A stretch of 64,000 bases of DNA, taken from assembly GCA_963700985.1 (NCBI GenBank), contig OY969554.1:864001-928000 (forward strand), written 5' to 3'. Made by a program: the position numbers and the translations under genes. Positions within the stretch are counted from its first letter, which is position 1. Each line of letters opens with the position of its first letter. The notes below the pieces were generated by a model. The model searched no databases, was not told the origin of the DNA, and worked only from the letters and a program-made list of their open reading frames with translations. Source of the DNA: an uncultured Chlamydiales bacterium (lineage in GTDB: Bacteria > Chlamydiota > Chlamydiia > Chlamydiales > Rhabdochlamydiaceae). Shown in pieces: positions 1-10,052 of this stretch.

Positions 1-2
1 GT

Positions 3-800
3 GCTCAGGCTAGTTTGCGCTATCAAATGCCCATCGGCAAGCTCTACCGCTCTACCCTGAAAGAGTTTGTGGTGGGGTTTGATTTCAAAAACACCAACAA
101 TAACTTGGAATTCATCGGGGGCAGCGGCGAGCCAGTTAGCAGCGATAATGCCATTCCTATCATTACGAAATCAGTCAACATTACGCAGCTTGTCGGAGGA
201 TTTAACTGGGGAAAAGAAACAGGCCACCATCGCTTTTCATTTTCAAGCGAGCTCTTCTGGTCTCCTGGCAAAATCCTTCCGCATCAGAGCAATGAGGATT
301 TTGAAAATCTTCGTCCAGGGGCCAAAAATCATTACGTGTATGGCAAGGCAACCTTAGGCGACGTATATACCTTTCCGGTAGATTGTTCTGTTTCTGTGCT
401 TCTTCGTGGACAGCTCGCCAGCCAAAATCTTTTGCCCAGCGAACAGTATGGCTTGGGCGGTTTTAATACGGTGCGCGGTTATAACGAACGCGAAGTCAAT
501 GTCGACAACGCCTTCATTTTCAATTTTGAGATCCGCTCTTTTCCTTTCCATCTATTTAAAAAAAGCGTGGGCGATGAGCTGGTTATTTTAGGCTTTGTCG
601 ACTATGCAACCGGAAGCAATCACAAAACGATCCCTGACGAAAAAGAATTCACCTTCCTTCTGGGAGCAGGTCCAGGTCTTCGCTACACCATTAATCCTTA
701 CCTATCATTACGCGTCGACTGGGGATTTAAATTGCACAAGACCCACTTTGACGATCCTAAATTAAGCAAGGTGCACTTTGGCTTCATCCTCAGCTACTAA
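3..800 (+). CDS. ShlB/FhaC/HecB-family (TpsB) outer-membrane beta-barrel protein, 5'-truncated by the window
   Basis: Frame is open from the window start. SEQYGLGGFNTVRGY matches the Omp85/TpsB VRGY motif; amphipathic strands; terminal aromatic (ILSY). Confidence 0.85.
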   Translation, partial: AQASLRYQMPIGKLYRSTLKEFVVGFDFKNTNNNLEFIGGSGEPVSSDNAIPIITKSVNITQLVGGFNWGKETGHHRFSFSSELFWSPGKILPHQSNEDFENLRPGAKNHYVYGKATLGDVYTFPVDCSVSVLLRGQLASQNLLPSEQYGLGGFNTVRGYNEREVNVDNAFIFNFEIRSFPFHLFKKSVGDELVILGFVDYATGSNHKTIPDEKEFTFLLGAGPGLRYTINPYLSLRVDWGFKLHKTHFDDPKLSKVHFGFILSY

Positions 801-1704
801 AATCGCGGTCATTGTCAACTACTGCACCAACGACTACCGTTTTTTAAAGCTATGTGTAGAAGCGCTGAAGGGTTTTGCCCATCAGATCATCATCCCTGTG
901 TGTGACCATTTTTTCAATGGCACCCCTGAAGAGCCGCTACTTTTGAAACGCTCCTATTCTGAACATCCCGAATGTACATTTATCGAATTCGAATATGATC
1001 CACAAAAACCTTACGGCATATACTGCCCTGTCTCTCCCACTGACGACGATTGGATCCACTACTGGCACAGCACAAGTCGGTATGTTGGATTCCATTTTTT
1101 AAAGCCCGAGATTACGCACATCTTATTTATAGACGTCGATGAAATCATTGACCGAGAACGCTTCTCTAACTGGCTGCAAAATTTTGAGGTGAATAATTAT
1201 GCGGCTATACGCTTTTTGAGTTATTTCTATTTTCGTACAGCTGCTTTTCGGGCACGTTCGCATAGCCAAAATGGCCTTCTATTGAAAAGAGAAGCGATCA
1301 GCTCTCCAGAGACAATCTTGACTATCTATGAACGTAAGGGCCTCTTTGATGTCCTAGCTGGCAGCAAGCTTCAACATGTGGTGGGTGTAGATGGATTGCC
1401 GCTCGTGCATCATTACAGCTGGGTGAAAGAGCCTGAAGAGCTCTTTCAAAAGGTCAAAAGCTGGGGACATCACGCCGAGAAAGATTGGAGTGCCCTTCTC
1501 AAAGAAGAGCTCTCGCGTACATTCACTGGAATAGACGCTCTTTATGGCTTAAGTTATGACAGAGTAGAACCTTTGCACGATCCGTTTGCAGTCGATATCG
1601 CTTACGCAAAAAAAGAGGCCTCCTATTTAGAACAGGCAGCCTTCACAAATGTTCAGAAAGTCTCGTGGAAGCAGCTGCAACTTCTTCAGCTAAATGCACT
1701 TTAA
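778..1704 (+). CDS. Putative GT-A fold (GT2-like) glycosyltransferase
   Basis: N-terminal IAVIVNY strand, ILFIDVDE DxD-type motif and VHHYSWV; start codon uncertain. Confidence 0.6.
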   Translation: MASSSATKIAVIVNYCTNDYRFLKLCVEALKGFAHQIIIPVCDHFFNGTPEEPLLLKRSYSEHPECTFIEFEYDPQKPYGIYCPVSPTDDDWIHYWHSTSRYVGFHFLKPEITHILFIDVDEIIDRERFSNWLQNFEVNNYAAIRFLSYFYFRTAAFRARSHSQNGLLLKREAISSPETILTIYERKGLFDVLAGSKLQHVVGVDGLPLVHHYSWVKEPEELFQKVKSWGHHAEKDWSALLKEELSRTFTGIDALYGLSYDRVEPLHDPFAVDIAYAKKEASYLEQAAFTNVQKVSWKQLQLLQLNAL

Positions 1705-1800
1705 CCACAGAATAAAATATCGGCGAAGCCGTGAGAGTATTGTTTTTTTGCTTCGCTCGCGAAAAAACAATCTTTCTTCCTCTGTGTTCTCTGTGGTTAA
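1701..1800. repeat. Nested palindromic (REP-like) element between convergent genes, probable bidirectional terminator
   Basis: Terminal IR TTAACCACAGA (1701-1711)/TCTGTGGTTAA (1790-1800); inner stem ATTGTTTTTTTGC/GCGAAAAAACAAT; CGGCGAAGCCG mini-hairpin. Confidence 0.6.
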
Positions 1801-1809
1801 TCTTAACTC

Positions 1810-2202
1810 TTAATTCTTAATCACAAGTGTAGCAGTGAGCTTGTCGTGCAAGCACTGCTTCTTTTTAGTAAAGAGCATCATGACATATCCAAGCCCCAAA
1901 AGAAGTCTCGAGAGAAATTTTCCGAAATAGCGCCCCGTAGCTTTAAAAAAAGAGATCTTCTTTCCATTTAAGTCGACTACTTTGGCACCCAAAAGAAGTT
2001 TGCCAAGCGTAGCCTGATATTTCGAACTTTCCATCACCGCAAAATAGAGCCATGAAAAAGCAAGAAGCAGAATGCCACACCAGAGTGAATCAAGATATGT
2101 TTGGTATTCAAAAAAGAACGCTGCAAGTCCCAGGACAAAAACTTGTATTACAACATCTACCAGATAGGCCGTGAATCTCTTTCCAACTCTGCAATATTCC
2201 AT
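1810..2202 (-). CDS. RDD family membrane protein
   Basis: RFTAYLVD, QATLGKLLLG and KQCLHD motifs. Confidence 0.9.
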   Translation of the reverse strand: MEYCRVGKRFTAYLVDVVIQVFVLGLAAFFFEYQTYLDSLWCGILLLAFSWLYFAVMESSKYQATLGKLLLGAKVVDLNGKKISFFKATGRYFGKFLSRLLLGLGYVMMLFTKKKQCLHDKLTATLVIKN

Positions 2203-2211
2203 AATTCCTCG

Positions 2212-3321
2212 CTATTTCATGTCTACGGTTTGCCAATAAGGATGCGAACTGTCTTTTTCATACTGTCCTGTTACTGGATCATATACTTTTACTGGGCTGA
2301 TATCTTGGCCATATCGTGCTTGTAGATACTCTTTAGTTTTTCCAGGAACAACTACCTCAATTCCGTCAAAATTGGCTCTTTTTAGAGGGAAGACAGTGTC
2401 GAAAGGGGTGGCGATTGTGTAAGTCTGTTCATGATTTCGGAAATGTTCTGATATAAACGGACTAAATTCATTAGAGAAAATCGACCTTATGATGCGTTTT
2501 TCTGGTTCGATCGAAAAGTGGTAGATGTCAATTAAGGGCAATCCTTCTCCGACTAAACCTTTGATAAAAACTTTTAAGTAGCTGAAAGGCTTCTCGCGGC
2601 CAGACCAGTCTTGGACCATATATTTATTCTTATCCAGAGCATTGAGCGCATGCCTTACGTTTTCAAAGTCAGGTTGCAAAACTGCTATGTCCAGATCCCA
2701 ATCCCAAGGGATAATGCCTCCGTATCGTTGCGCACCGAGACAAGTACCACAATCCACCCAAAAAGGAATCTTGTTTTCTTTAAGAATCGCCACAATTTCT
2801 TTTAAGGCTTCTTTCTGTTTTTGCATAACATGCTCTTCTCCAGGACGCCTCTGATGCGAAGGCTCTGGGATAAAAGAAGCGGTCTCTAAATCTTGGATCT
2901 TCAAGCCAATCTTCTGATAGTAATCTGTATTCGGACGTACTGTTAATGATTCTCGCTCATTTACTATGGCAGAATGTCTGTTGCGTGTATCTGGAGTGAG
3001 ATAAGCAATGGCTTTTAAGGCGGCACCAAAGCTAATGCTTAGAGGAAGAGTAATTGTTGAAACAGTGGCTTTTACAAGAAAGTGATCACTGTAATCAAAT
3101 CGCTGCGTGTACTTAAATCCATCATCGAGCTTTTGCACCTCCTTTCCACCTAAAATGTAGTGTGTAGGCGCAAGCACAAAACTCGCCAATCTTTCAATTC
3201 CCTGAGCTTCTTTCGCACTAAGATTTAAGAAAACGTTTTCGCAAATCAGGTGATAGAATTGTACGACAGGCATCCCGATAAAAATAATCCACATGCCAAA
3301 CTTTCCCAGCAGAAAATCCAT
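2212..3321 (-). CDS. LicD-family phosphotransferase with N-terminal membrane anchor
   Basis: GTCLGAQRYGGIIPWDWDLDI and IDIY nucleotidyltransferase-fold motifs; YLQARYG. Confidence 0.85.
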   Translation of the reverse strand: MDFLLGKFGMWIIFIGMPVVQFYHLICENVFLNLSAKEAQGIERLASFVLAPTHYILGGKEVQKLDDGFKYTQRFDYSDHFLVKATVSTITLPLSISFGAALKAIAYLTPDTRNRHSAIVNERESLTVRPNTDYYQKIGLKIQDLETASFIPEPSHQRRPGEEHVMQKQKEALKEIVAILKENKIPFWVDCGTCLGAQRYGGIIPWDWDLDIAVLQPDFENVRHALNALDKNKYMVQDWSGREKPFSYLKVFIKGLVGEGLPLIDIYHFSIEPEKRIIRSIFSNEFSPFISEHFRNHEQTYTIATPFDTVFPLKRANFDGIEVVVPGKTKEYLQARYGQDISPVKVYDPVTGQYEKDSSHPYWQTVDMK

Positions 3322-3508
3322 ATGAGCCTCTTTTAACTTTCGACAACATCAAAAATCATGAAATAAATCTTGTCAATCTGAGAAACTGTCTTAAAACAGA
3401 TATTCGATCTTTGAAAGCTTTTAGAGACTGTTAACGATCTCGACTTATACTGCTGCCGGTCTGAAATAGACAGCAATTTTTTTGTTTAAATTATACGCAG
3501 GAGCTTTC

Positions 3509-4009
3509 ATGTCATCATTACCTGAAATTAGAATAGCTTCAGACGCTAGAACCGCATTTGCTTTGTCAGACTCAGATAGCGCTGAAAAAAGGAGCGCATC
3601 AGTGGATTCAAAAGTACCTGAAAAAACCTCCGCAGAAGTACGCACATGGGGTGAAATCAATGATCTGCCCAAAGCTCAGCAAAATGAAGCAGCCAGAGCT
3701 TTCTTAAAAGCCATGGAAATCCTCAATGCAGACGGATTTAAAAGTCTATTTAATGGTGCTGCCAAAATCAAAAAAGAAGAGCTAACGCAATTCGATAAAA
3801 ATGCCCCCTTCTTAAAGTTAGCTTATATCTTCCAGGAAGCTTCCGAAAGACTCCGAGCCCCGCATCGTTTCCTTGCTGTTCACCCGCTAACTGCGGGCAT
3901 TATCATACGTCAGCAAGTTCTGCCCTTCACCCCCAGCATGTGCCTTTCCCCGCCGCAAGCGGTAGTAGATGCAGTTGCTGAAAAACTCAAAGCAAAAGAA
4001 ATAAGATAG
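3509..4009 (+). CDS. Hypothetical protein (Ser-rich N-terminus, effector-like)
   Basis: AGGAG RBS before ATG 3509; no recognisable motif. Confidence 0.6.
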   Translation: MSSLPEIRIASDARTAFALSDSDSAEKRSASVDSKVPEKTSAEVRTWGEINDLPKAQQNEAARAFLKAMEILNADGFKSLFNGAAKIKKEELTQFDKNAPFLKLAYIFQEASERLRAPHRFLAVHPLTAGIIIRQQVLPFTPSMCLSPPQAVVDAVAEKLKAKEIR

Positions 4010-4026
4010 TAGCTTCTAAAAATGTT

Positions 4027-5460
4027 TCAGACTGAGGGATCTGCTGAGTATTCAGCGGCTCCCTCTTTTTTTTGGCTTGCCTGCAAACTCAAAAGACCAG
4101 CCACCGTGAAAAAGAGGATCTTGCCATGCTGCGAACCCAGCGGATAGAAATCACATCCGCCAATAAAAAGTAATCCTAGAAAAATCGAAAGAAGTGTGAT
4201 TAACGGCAAGGTCTTTTCAGCTCTAAGTGCGCTAGTAACGATCGATCCGATAAAGAACAGAAAACATAAAAGTCCGATGAGACCAGTCTCCGCAGCAATA
4301 AGCAGATAGATGTTATGCACAGGATAGAATTGATACGCTTTTAGAGGCTGAGAAGCAAACTCTTGCATGCGCACAACAAAATGATTAAAACCCACACCTG
4401 ATAGCGGATGGGCTTTGATCATTTCAAAAGCGATATTTTGAAAAAAGATTCTACCCTGATCTGAGCACTGAGAAACTTCATTATAATTAATCACTCCACC
4501 ACGGTCTCGGAGCATTGGGAAAAATAATAAGACGGTAAGCAATAGTGACCCGACAACTAAGATCAAAAGAGAGCGGACGTTTTGGCGCGTTTCCTTCTTA
4601 CGAAAAACAAAGTAAAACCAGATCACATTCGCAATTAAATAAGCAAAGAGAGCCGAACGTGAAAAAGTGAGAAATAGAGTTACCACCTGAAAAAAAATTG
4701 CAGCACCCAAAAGAATTTTCACTTGTCGAGATGCAGCTTGCCAATAGAGAAAGTAACTCATCATAAGAGACGCAAACATAAACCCACCAAAGACATTGGG
4801 ATGAGAAAAAGTTCCCATTGAGCGTATAACTGATCTGCTCGTGCTTTGATCTTGAAAAATCCAAAGGCCACTTGAAGAGCTGAAACCTTCAAAAGCCTTT
4901 CCTTCACCCAGAAATTTCAATCCAATTTCGCTTTGCATGAAATATTGAGAGATACCCACCGCACATTCAAAGAGAGAGACCAAAAGTATTAACTGACAGA
5001 TCCGGGGAAAAACCTCGCGCAGCGTTTTAAAAACCATCCCATTTTCCAGAGCACTAAAAAACACCAGGAGCAGCGCAAAGTGCAATAACCTCACATAATG
5101 CAGGCCACAATCTGCTGTGGAAGAAAACAGCAATGAGATGAAGGCTATGCTTAATAACGCAGTTAAATACTTAGCACTCTTGGTGAAAAAAGTTCGGGGC
5201 GAGTTTCGCCTTGAAATAAAGAAGAGCACGCCAATGACAATTAATGCCACATCGGTAATGTAAAAATAGAAACTCTTCTGAAATCCCTCTGGAAACACAA
5301 ATCCAGTTGTCAGCATTGAAGCCAGAGATTTAAAGATTTTATGCTTGGGCTGAAAAGCCCATGTCAACAGCAGAAAAAAGAATGCCCCTTGCGCCAAAAA
5401 GAGCAATTTATCTTTGATTCTCAGTCCTAATAGAAGCGTGTGCGTGTGCATGGCAATCAT
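4027..5460 (-). CDS. O-antigen ligase (WaaL/Wzy_C) family membrane protein
   Basis: Multi-TM protein with GTFSHPN, LTFSRSA, HPLSGVG and VHNIYL..AAETG motifs. Confidence 0.9.
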   Translation of the reverse strand: MIAMHTHTLLLGLRIKDKLLFLAQGAFFFLLLTWAFQPKHKIFKSLASMLTTGFVFPEGFQKSFYFYITDVALIVIGVLFFISRRNSPRTFFTKSAKYLTALLSIAFISLLFSSTADCGLHYVRLLHFALLLVFFSALENGMVFKTLREVFPRICQLILLVSLFECAVGISQYFMQSEIGLKFLGEGKAFEGFSSSSGLWIFQDQSTSRSVIRSMGTFSHPNVFGGFMFASLMMSYFLYWQAASRQVKILLGAAIFFQVVTLFLTFSRSALFAYLIANVIWFYFVFRKKETRQNVRSLLILVVGSLLLTVLLFFPMLRDRGGVINYNEVSQCSDQGRIFFQNIAFEMIKAHPLSGVGFNHFVVRMQEFASQPLKAYQFYPVHNIYLLIAAETGLIGLLCFLFFIGSIVTSALRAEKTLPLITLLSIFLGLLFIGGCDFYPLGSQHGKILFFTVAGLLSLQASQKKEGAAEYSADPSV

Positions 5461-5478
5461 ACTACTATCTTGTCCGAA

Positions 5479-5997
5479 TTATTTCCGAGGAATCGGAAGC
5501 GCATAGAAAAAAACAAGCGATTCCGCACCAGGATTTTTCTTCCCCATGCTGGCATTTGAAATATGATAGAACTGCCCGCCTAATCTTCCTTTATTGGGGA
5601 GAACAAATGCCATTTCAATCGATGAGCGAAACTCGATAGGAAAGTGCAAGCTCTTACCATTTCCTCGAAAATAGATGCCCGGCGCAAAACTAGGAGTCAC
5701 CACCAGATGTTTGCCTAAAAAGATATCATATCCTGCTCCCCCGCAGAAATAGAGAGAGCCATTTGCATTACCCATCAGTGAAGCCAAAGGACGCACATTA
5801 TAGAAGTTCTTATCCCAGCGATATTCCACTTGATATTGCACCGGGCGCCGATGGGGGCGCACAATGTTGAATATGCCCACCCCCATATTAAAATGGTCGT
5901 ATCGAGTCTTAACCACCTCAAGAGGCTTTTCTTCTTCTGCAATGAGTGCGGTGGAAAGAAGCAATGGCAGACAAAAACCCAAAACTCTATTCGACAT
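5479..5997 (-). CDS. pagL: Lipid A 3-O-deacylase (PagL/acyloxyacyl hydrolase family)
   Basis: Signal peptide, beta-barrel pattern, catalytic HISNA..NPG motif. Confidence 0.8.
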   Translation of the reverse strand: MSNRVLGFCLPLLLSTALIAEEEKPLEVVKTRYDHFNMGVGIFNIVRPHRRPVQYQVEYRWDKNFYNVRPLASLMGNANGSLYFCGGAGYDIFLGKHLVVTPSFAPGIYFRGNGKSLHFPIEFRSSIEMAFVLPNKGRLGGQFYHISNASMGKKNPGAESLVFFYALPIPRK

Positions 5998-6125
5998 TTA
6001 TCTATCCTGGCTTGTGTGTTCTCCCTTAATCGTAAAAAAAATTTTATTTTACAAGATTTACTTCTCATTCGTTGCCAGCAAATCTTGAAATTGAGACAAT
6101 TTACACTCCAAATTAGGAGAGCTTT

Positions 6126-6872
6126 ATGAATAAACATGTGCGTTTTGGCTTTGTTCTTTTTTTACTTATCTTCTCGGCCGCTAATAGTGCAGAAACAAAA
6201 GCGCAGGTTGCAAAAGAAGTTACCGAAGGACCTCAGGTCCTCATTCTTTTTGGACCACCAGGGGCTGGGAAAGGCACCCAAGCCGCGTTGCTTAAAGAGA
6301 AGCTACAAGTTCCGCATATCTCAACTGGCGATCTATTAAGAGAACACTTAAAAAATGCATCTGCTCTCGGAAAGCAAGCCAAAGAATTTATGAATAATGG
6401 CCAGCTCGTTCCGGATCAACTCATCCTGCAGATGCTTTTCGAGCGCATCGACCAGACAGATTGCACAAAGGGTTATATTTTAGATGGATTTCCCAGAACA
6501 CTGGCTCAAGCCGAAGCTTTGAACGCACATTTTGTTAAGGGAGAAAAAATCTTAGCGGTGCATCTGGATCTGGCCGATCAGAAAATCGTCGATCGCCTCA
6601 CAAAACGCGTGACCTGCGAAACATGCCAAGCGCCCTTCCATCTGATAACCTCTCCTCCTAAAGAACAAGGAAAATGCGATCATTGCTCTGGTAAACTTGT
6701 TCAGCGCTCAGACGATAATGCAGAGGTCATCTCCAAGCGTTTAAAAGTCTATCACGAGCAGACCTCACCCTTGATCAGCTTCTATAAGCAGAAAAAGATG
6801 TTGAAAAGCGTCTCTTGTGATGCACCTAAAGAGCAGATCTTTAAAGAAATCACATCAGCACACGTAAGATGA
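6126..6872 (+). CDS. adk: Adenylate kinase with signal-peptide-like N-terminal extension
   Basis: GPPGAGKGTQA, HISTGDLLR, LDGFPRT and a Cys4 zinc lid (CETC...CDHC). Confidence 0.95.
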   Translation: MNKHVRFGFVLFLLIFSAANSAETKAQVAKEVTEGPQVLILFGPPGAGKGTQAALLKEKLQVPHISTGDLLREHLKNASALGKQAKEFMNNGQLVPDQLILQMLFERIDQTDCTKGYILDGFPRTLAQAEALNAHFVKGEKILAVHLDLADQKIVDRLTKRVTCETCQAPFHLITSPPKEQGKCDHCSGKLVQRSDDNAEVISKRLKVYHEQTSPLISFYKQKKMLKSVSCDAPKEQIFKEITSAHVR

Positions 6873-7096
6873 ATCTGGGCAAGTGGTTAGTATTTGTTGG
6901 AGTGGGAATTGCCGTGGTGGGCGGGCTGATCTGGCTTGCAGGCCGCCTTGGCCTCCCACTTGGCAAACTACCTGGCGACATCACAGTTCAAGGCAAAAAG
7001 TTCTTTCTCCATTTCCCTATCATCTCATCACTCATCGCCAGCGCCATTTTGACCATCCTGCTCAACCTAATTCTTTGGCTGTGCAGAAAGCCGTGA
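6869..7096 (+). CDS. DUF2905 family small membrane protein
   Basis: LGKLPGDI...FPIISS motif; start overlaps the adk stop (ATGA). Confidence 0.85.
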   Translation: MNLGKWLVFVGVGIAVVGGLIWLAGRLGLPLGKLPGDITVQGKKFFLHFPIISSLIASAILTILLNLILWLCRKP

Positions 7097-7210
7097 AGCG
7101 ATGCAGAAAATACTACCCTAAGTACCCTTAAAATAGCTCGAAAAGCCCTAAACATCGAAGACCAAGTTTGTAGAGACAACCTTTCAATTGAGTCAATCAC
7201 TTTTATAGCT

Positions 7211-8302
7211 TTAAAGCCGAGAGGAGCGGTGCATGAGAAGGGCGTCGGCGAGCACGAGGGCTGTCATGGCTTCGACCACGGGCACGGCACGAATGGCTAC
7301 GCAGGGATCGTGACGCGATCCTGGTGGAAGCTCGAAAGTTTGTGGCTGGCCATGAATATCGACGGTAGGCTGCGCAAGGCTGATGCTAGAGGTGGGTTTG
7401 AACGCCACGCGAAATGAGAGTGACTCACCACTGCTGATGCCGCCGAGTGTGCCACCGGCATGATTGCTAGCAGGTGCAGCACTCCCCTCTTCGTTTAATG
7501 CAAATGCATCATTGTGAGTTGAGCCGCGCATGCGCGAGGCTTGAAAGCCACTGCCGATCTCAAAGCCTTTGGTGGCCGGTAGTGAAAGCATGGCTTTTGC
7601 AAGATTCGCTTCGAGCTTTTCATACACAGGATCTCCGAGCCCAATGGGGAGTACTGACGTGACTAGTTCGACCACCCCACCCAGAGAATCACCTTGGCTT
7701 CTTACCAAATCAAGCAGCTGCACCATCTCATTTTCAGCGTGCTGGTCGGGACAGAAAAGCGCGCTCTGGCTTTTGGCCATTTTAACTTCATGCATGCTAG
7801 CCGCAGATGAGATCTCCACTCCCCCTAGCTCTTGAAGATAGGCAACGAGTTCGATGTCAAAATGATGAAGGAGTTTTTTCGCTACGGCTCCAGCAGCTAC
7901 GCGGCATGCAGTCTCACGAGCAGACGCTCTTCCACCTCCGCGATGATCGAAAATTCCATACTTATGTAAGTAAGTGAAGTGAGCATGGCCAGGGCGAAAG
8001 AGCTCTTTAATCGGTTCATAGCTTTCACTACGCACATCGTGGTTGTAGATGATGATAGAAATGGGTGCGCCCGTTGTTTTGCCTTCAAAAACCCCTGAGA
8101 GAATTTCGGCTTGATCACTCTCTTTACGCGTAGAGGTATGTTGATTAAAGCCGGGACGACGCAGCGCAAGCTCATCGTTGATCTCCTTCTCTTGAATCTC
8201 AAGCCCGGCTGGACATCCGTCGATGACAACGCCGATGGCTTTACCGTGCGACTCACCCCAAGTAGTGATTCTAAAGATTACACCGAATGTATTGCTGCCC
8301 AT
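7211..8302 (-). CDS. aroC: Chorismate synthase
   Basis: TTWGESHG, RGGGRASARET and RHDPC signatures. Confidence 0.97.
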   Translation of the reverse strand: MGSNTFGVIFRITTWGESHGKAIGVVIDGCPAGLEIQEKEINDELALRRPGFNQHTSTRKESDQAEILSGVFEGKTTGAPISIIIYNHDVRSESYEPIKELFRPGHAHFTYLHKYGIFDHRGGGRASARETACRVAAGAVAKKLLHHFDIELVAYLQELGGVEISSAASMHEVKMAKSQSALFCPDQHAENEMVQLLDLVRSQGDSLGGVVELVTSVLPIGLGDPVYEKLEANLAKAMLSLPATKGFEIGSGFQASRMRGSTHNDAFALNEEGSAAPASNHAGGTLGGISSGESLSFRVAFKPTSSISLAQPTVDIHGQPQTFELPPGSRHDPCVAIRAVPVVEAMTALVLADALLMHRSSRL

Positions 8303-8793
8303 CCTGCCTCCAATTTACTTAATACTTCTTCATCACTACATGCTTCAATGGGAAGCTGGATGTGAGAAAGCTGCTGATAAAGAGGCTCCCTCTCTTCAAA
8401 CATTTTGTTAAATGAACGCTCAGGTTCACTCGGATCCAAAAATGTTGGCAGTGGGTCTTTAAGCAGACGTTTTTTCAGCGTCTCTTTTTCGAGCTGCAAA
8501 TAGATTAGCGTGCCTATCTGCACAATCTGCTTAGCATTTTCAGAAGCAAGCAGCGAGCCTCCACCCAGCGCGATGATCGAGCCTGTGGTGTTCTCTAAAG
8601 AAGCGATAATCTCACATTCAAAAAAACGAAAGGTCTTCTCTCCAAATTTACGCGTTAATTCTGCGCAAGAAAGTGAAAAGCGTTTTTCGAGCAGCTGATC
8701 CGTGTCAATGAAAGGCAGCTTGTGCCTTTCGGCAAACAGTTTACCAAAATAGCTCTTGCCACAGCTTTTAAACCCACAGAGAATCAGGTTCAT
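8278..8793 (-). CDS. aroK: Shikimate kinase
   Basis: GFKSCGKS P-loop, FIDTD and IALGGG; located within the aro operon. Confidence 0.92.
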   Translation of the reverse strand: MNLILCGFKSCGKSYFGKLFAERHKLPFIDTDQLLEKRFSLSCAELTRKFGEKTFRFFECEIIASLENTTGSIIALGGGSLLASENAKQIVQIGTLIYLQLEKETLKKRLLKDPLPTFLDPSEPERSFNKMFEEREPLYQQLSHIQLPIEACSDEEVLSKLEAGWAAIHSV

Positions 8794-10052
8794 GGTTTAA
8801 CCTCAATTCCAAGATCGCGGCAAAAAGTAGGATAGGTCTTGGCCACACATTCAAAAGATTCAATCGTTGAAGCGCCCTTGGCACCAAGCGCTGCAACCGC
8901 AAGTGAAAGCGCAATACGATGGTCATGATGCGAAAAGAGTTTTGCGCCTTGCAGTCTAGCGCCTGTAATAATTAAGCCATCCGCTCTCTCTTCAATTTTG
9001 GCACCCATTTTCTTAAGTTCAGTTGAAATAGCTGCGATGCGATCGCTCTCTTTGTAACGCGCCACTGCGCCACCGAGTATTTCCGTTGTCCCTTCTGCAA
9101 AGCATGCAACAACCGACAACACCGCGATGGCATCCACAAAGTCGTTCACATCTATGCAGCATCCGTGTAGCTTGCTTTTTTTTACGCGCACACACTTCTC
9201 TTCAATTTCAATATTTGCACCCATCGTTTGCAATACAGAAATGAGTTTTTTATCGCCTTGGGCATCGGTAAAATCTAAGTTATCTAAAATCAGTTCAGAG
9301 CCTGTGATTAATGCGGCAACAAGTGGAAATGCGGCAGAGCTAAAGTCTGCTGGCACCGTATATTCAAAACCGGCGTAAGCTGCGCTTCCAAAGAGCGTAA
9401 AATGTGTGTAATCCTTCCTTATATAGCCTATTTGCAATCGATCGAGCCAACTCAAGGTAAGATCGATCCAAGGCCGTTCGCCTGGGTTCAAAACTTCGAT
9501 TTCACTTTGGCCTTCCAAAAAGGAAGCGGCAATCAATAGGGCGGACACAGGCTGGGAATCTTCACCTTGAATTGTGAGTTTGCCTGCCTTCATCGGTCCG
9601 CGAACGAGAATCGGGGCAAATTCATCTCCGCGTGCCGACTCAGCAAAAGCTCCAAGCTGTTTTAAACCTTTTAATAGGTGGCTCATCGGCCTGCGATGGC
9701 GGATTGAATCATCTCCTGTTATGACGGTATATGTTGGGCTTAGAGCTGTTAGCGCAGACAGAAAACGCAAGAGTATCCCAGAATTTTGCACATCGAGCAC
9801 ATCTTCGGCGGCTTTAAGTTTTCCGGCTACGCCTTCTATCTCAATGCGTCCATCATAGCGTTGCAATTTGGCGCCTAAATGACAAATCGCGCGCAAAGCA
9901 GCCTCTGTATCGCTTGAAAGTAGCGGATTGTGAATGATCGTCTTTCCACTGCCCATTAGACCAAAAAGAATAGCGCGCAGCGTCTGTGACTTAGAGGGAG
10001 GCACAGCCACGCGACCACTCAGCTGAATTGGGCTAACCGATAAGCGCGACAT
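8790..10052 (-). CDS. aroA: 3-phosphoshikimate 1-carboxyvinyltransferase
   Basis: PPSKSQTLR, DSQPVSALL, KESDRI and HHDHRIA motifs. Confidence 0.96.
   Translation of the reverse strand: MSRLSVSPIQLSGRVAVPPSKSQTLRAILFGLMGSGKTIIHNPLLSSDTEAALRAICHLGAKLQRYDGRIEIEGVAGKLKAAEDVLDVQNSGILLRFLSALTALSPTYTVITGDDSIRHRRPMSHLLKGLKQLGAFAESARGDEFAPILVRGPMKAGKLTIQGEDSQPVSALLIAASFLEGQSEIEVLNPGERPWIDLTLSWLDRLQIGYIRKDYTHFTLFGSAAYAGFEYTVPADFSSAAFPLVAALITGSELILDNLDFTDAQGDKKLISVLQTMGANIEIEEKCVRVKKSKLHGCCIDVNDFVDAIAVLSVVACFAEGTTEILGGAVARYKESDRIAAISTELKKMGAKIEERADGLIITGARLQGAKLFSHHDHRIALSLAVAALGAKGASTIESFECVAKTYPTFCRDLGIEVKP

Noticed and set aside
3-800. TpsB as the transporter of the giant protein at 61315
   Set aside because: They are 60 kb apart and the giant protein shows no recognisable TPS (NPNG) secretion domain; the TpsB partner probably lies outside the window.
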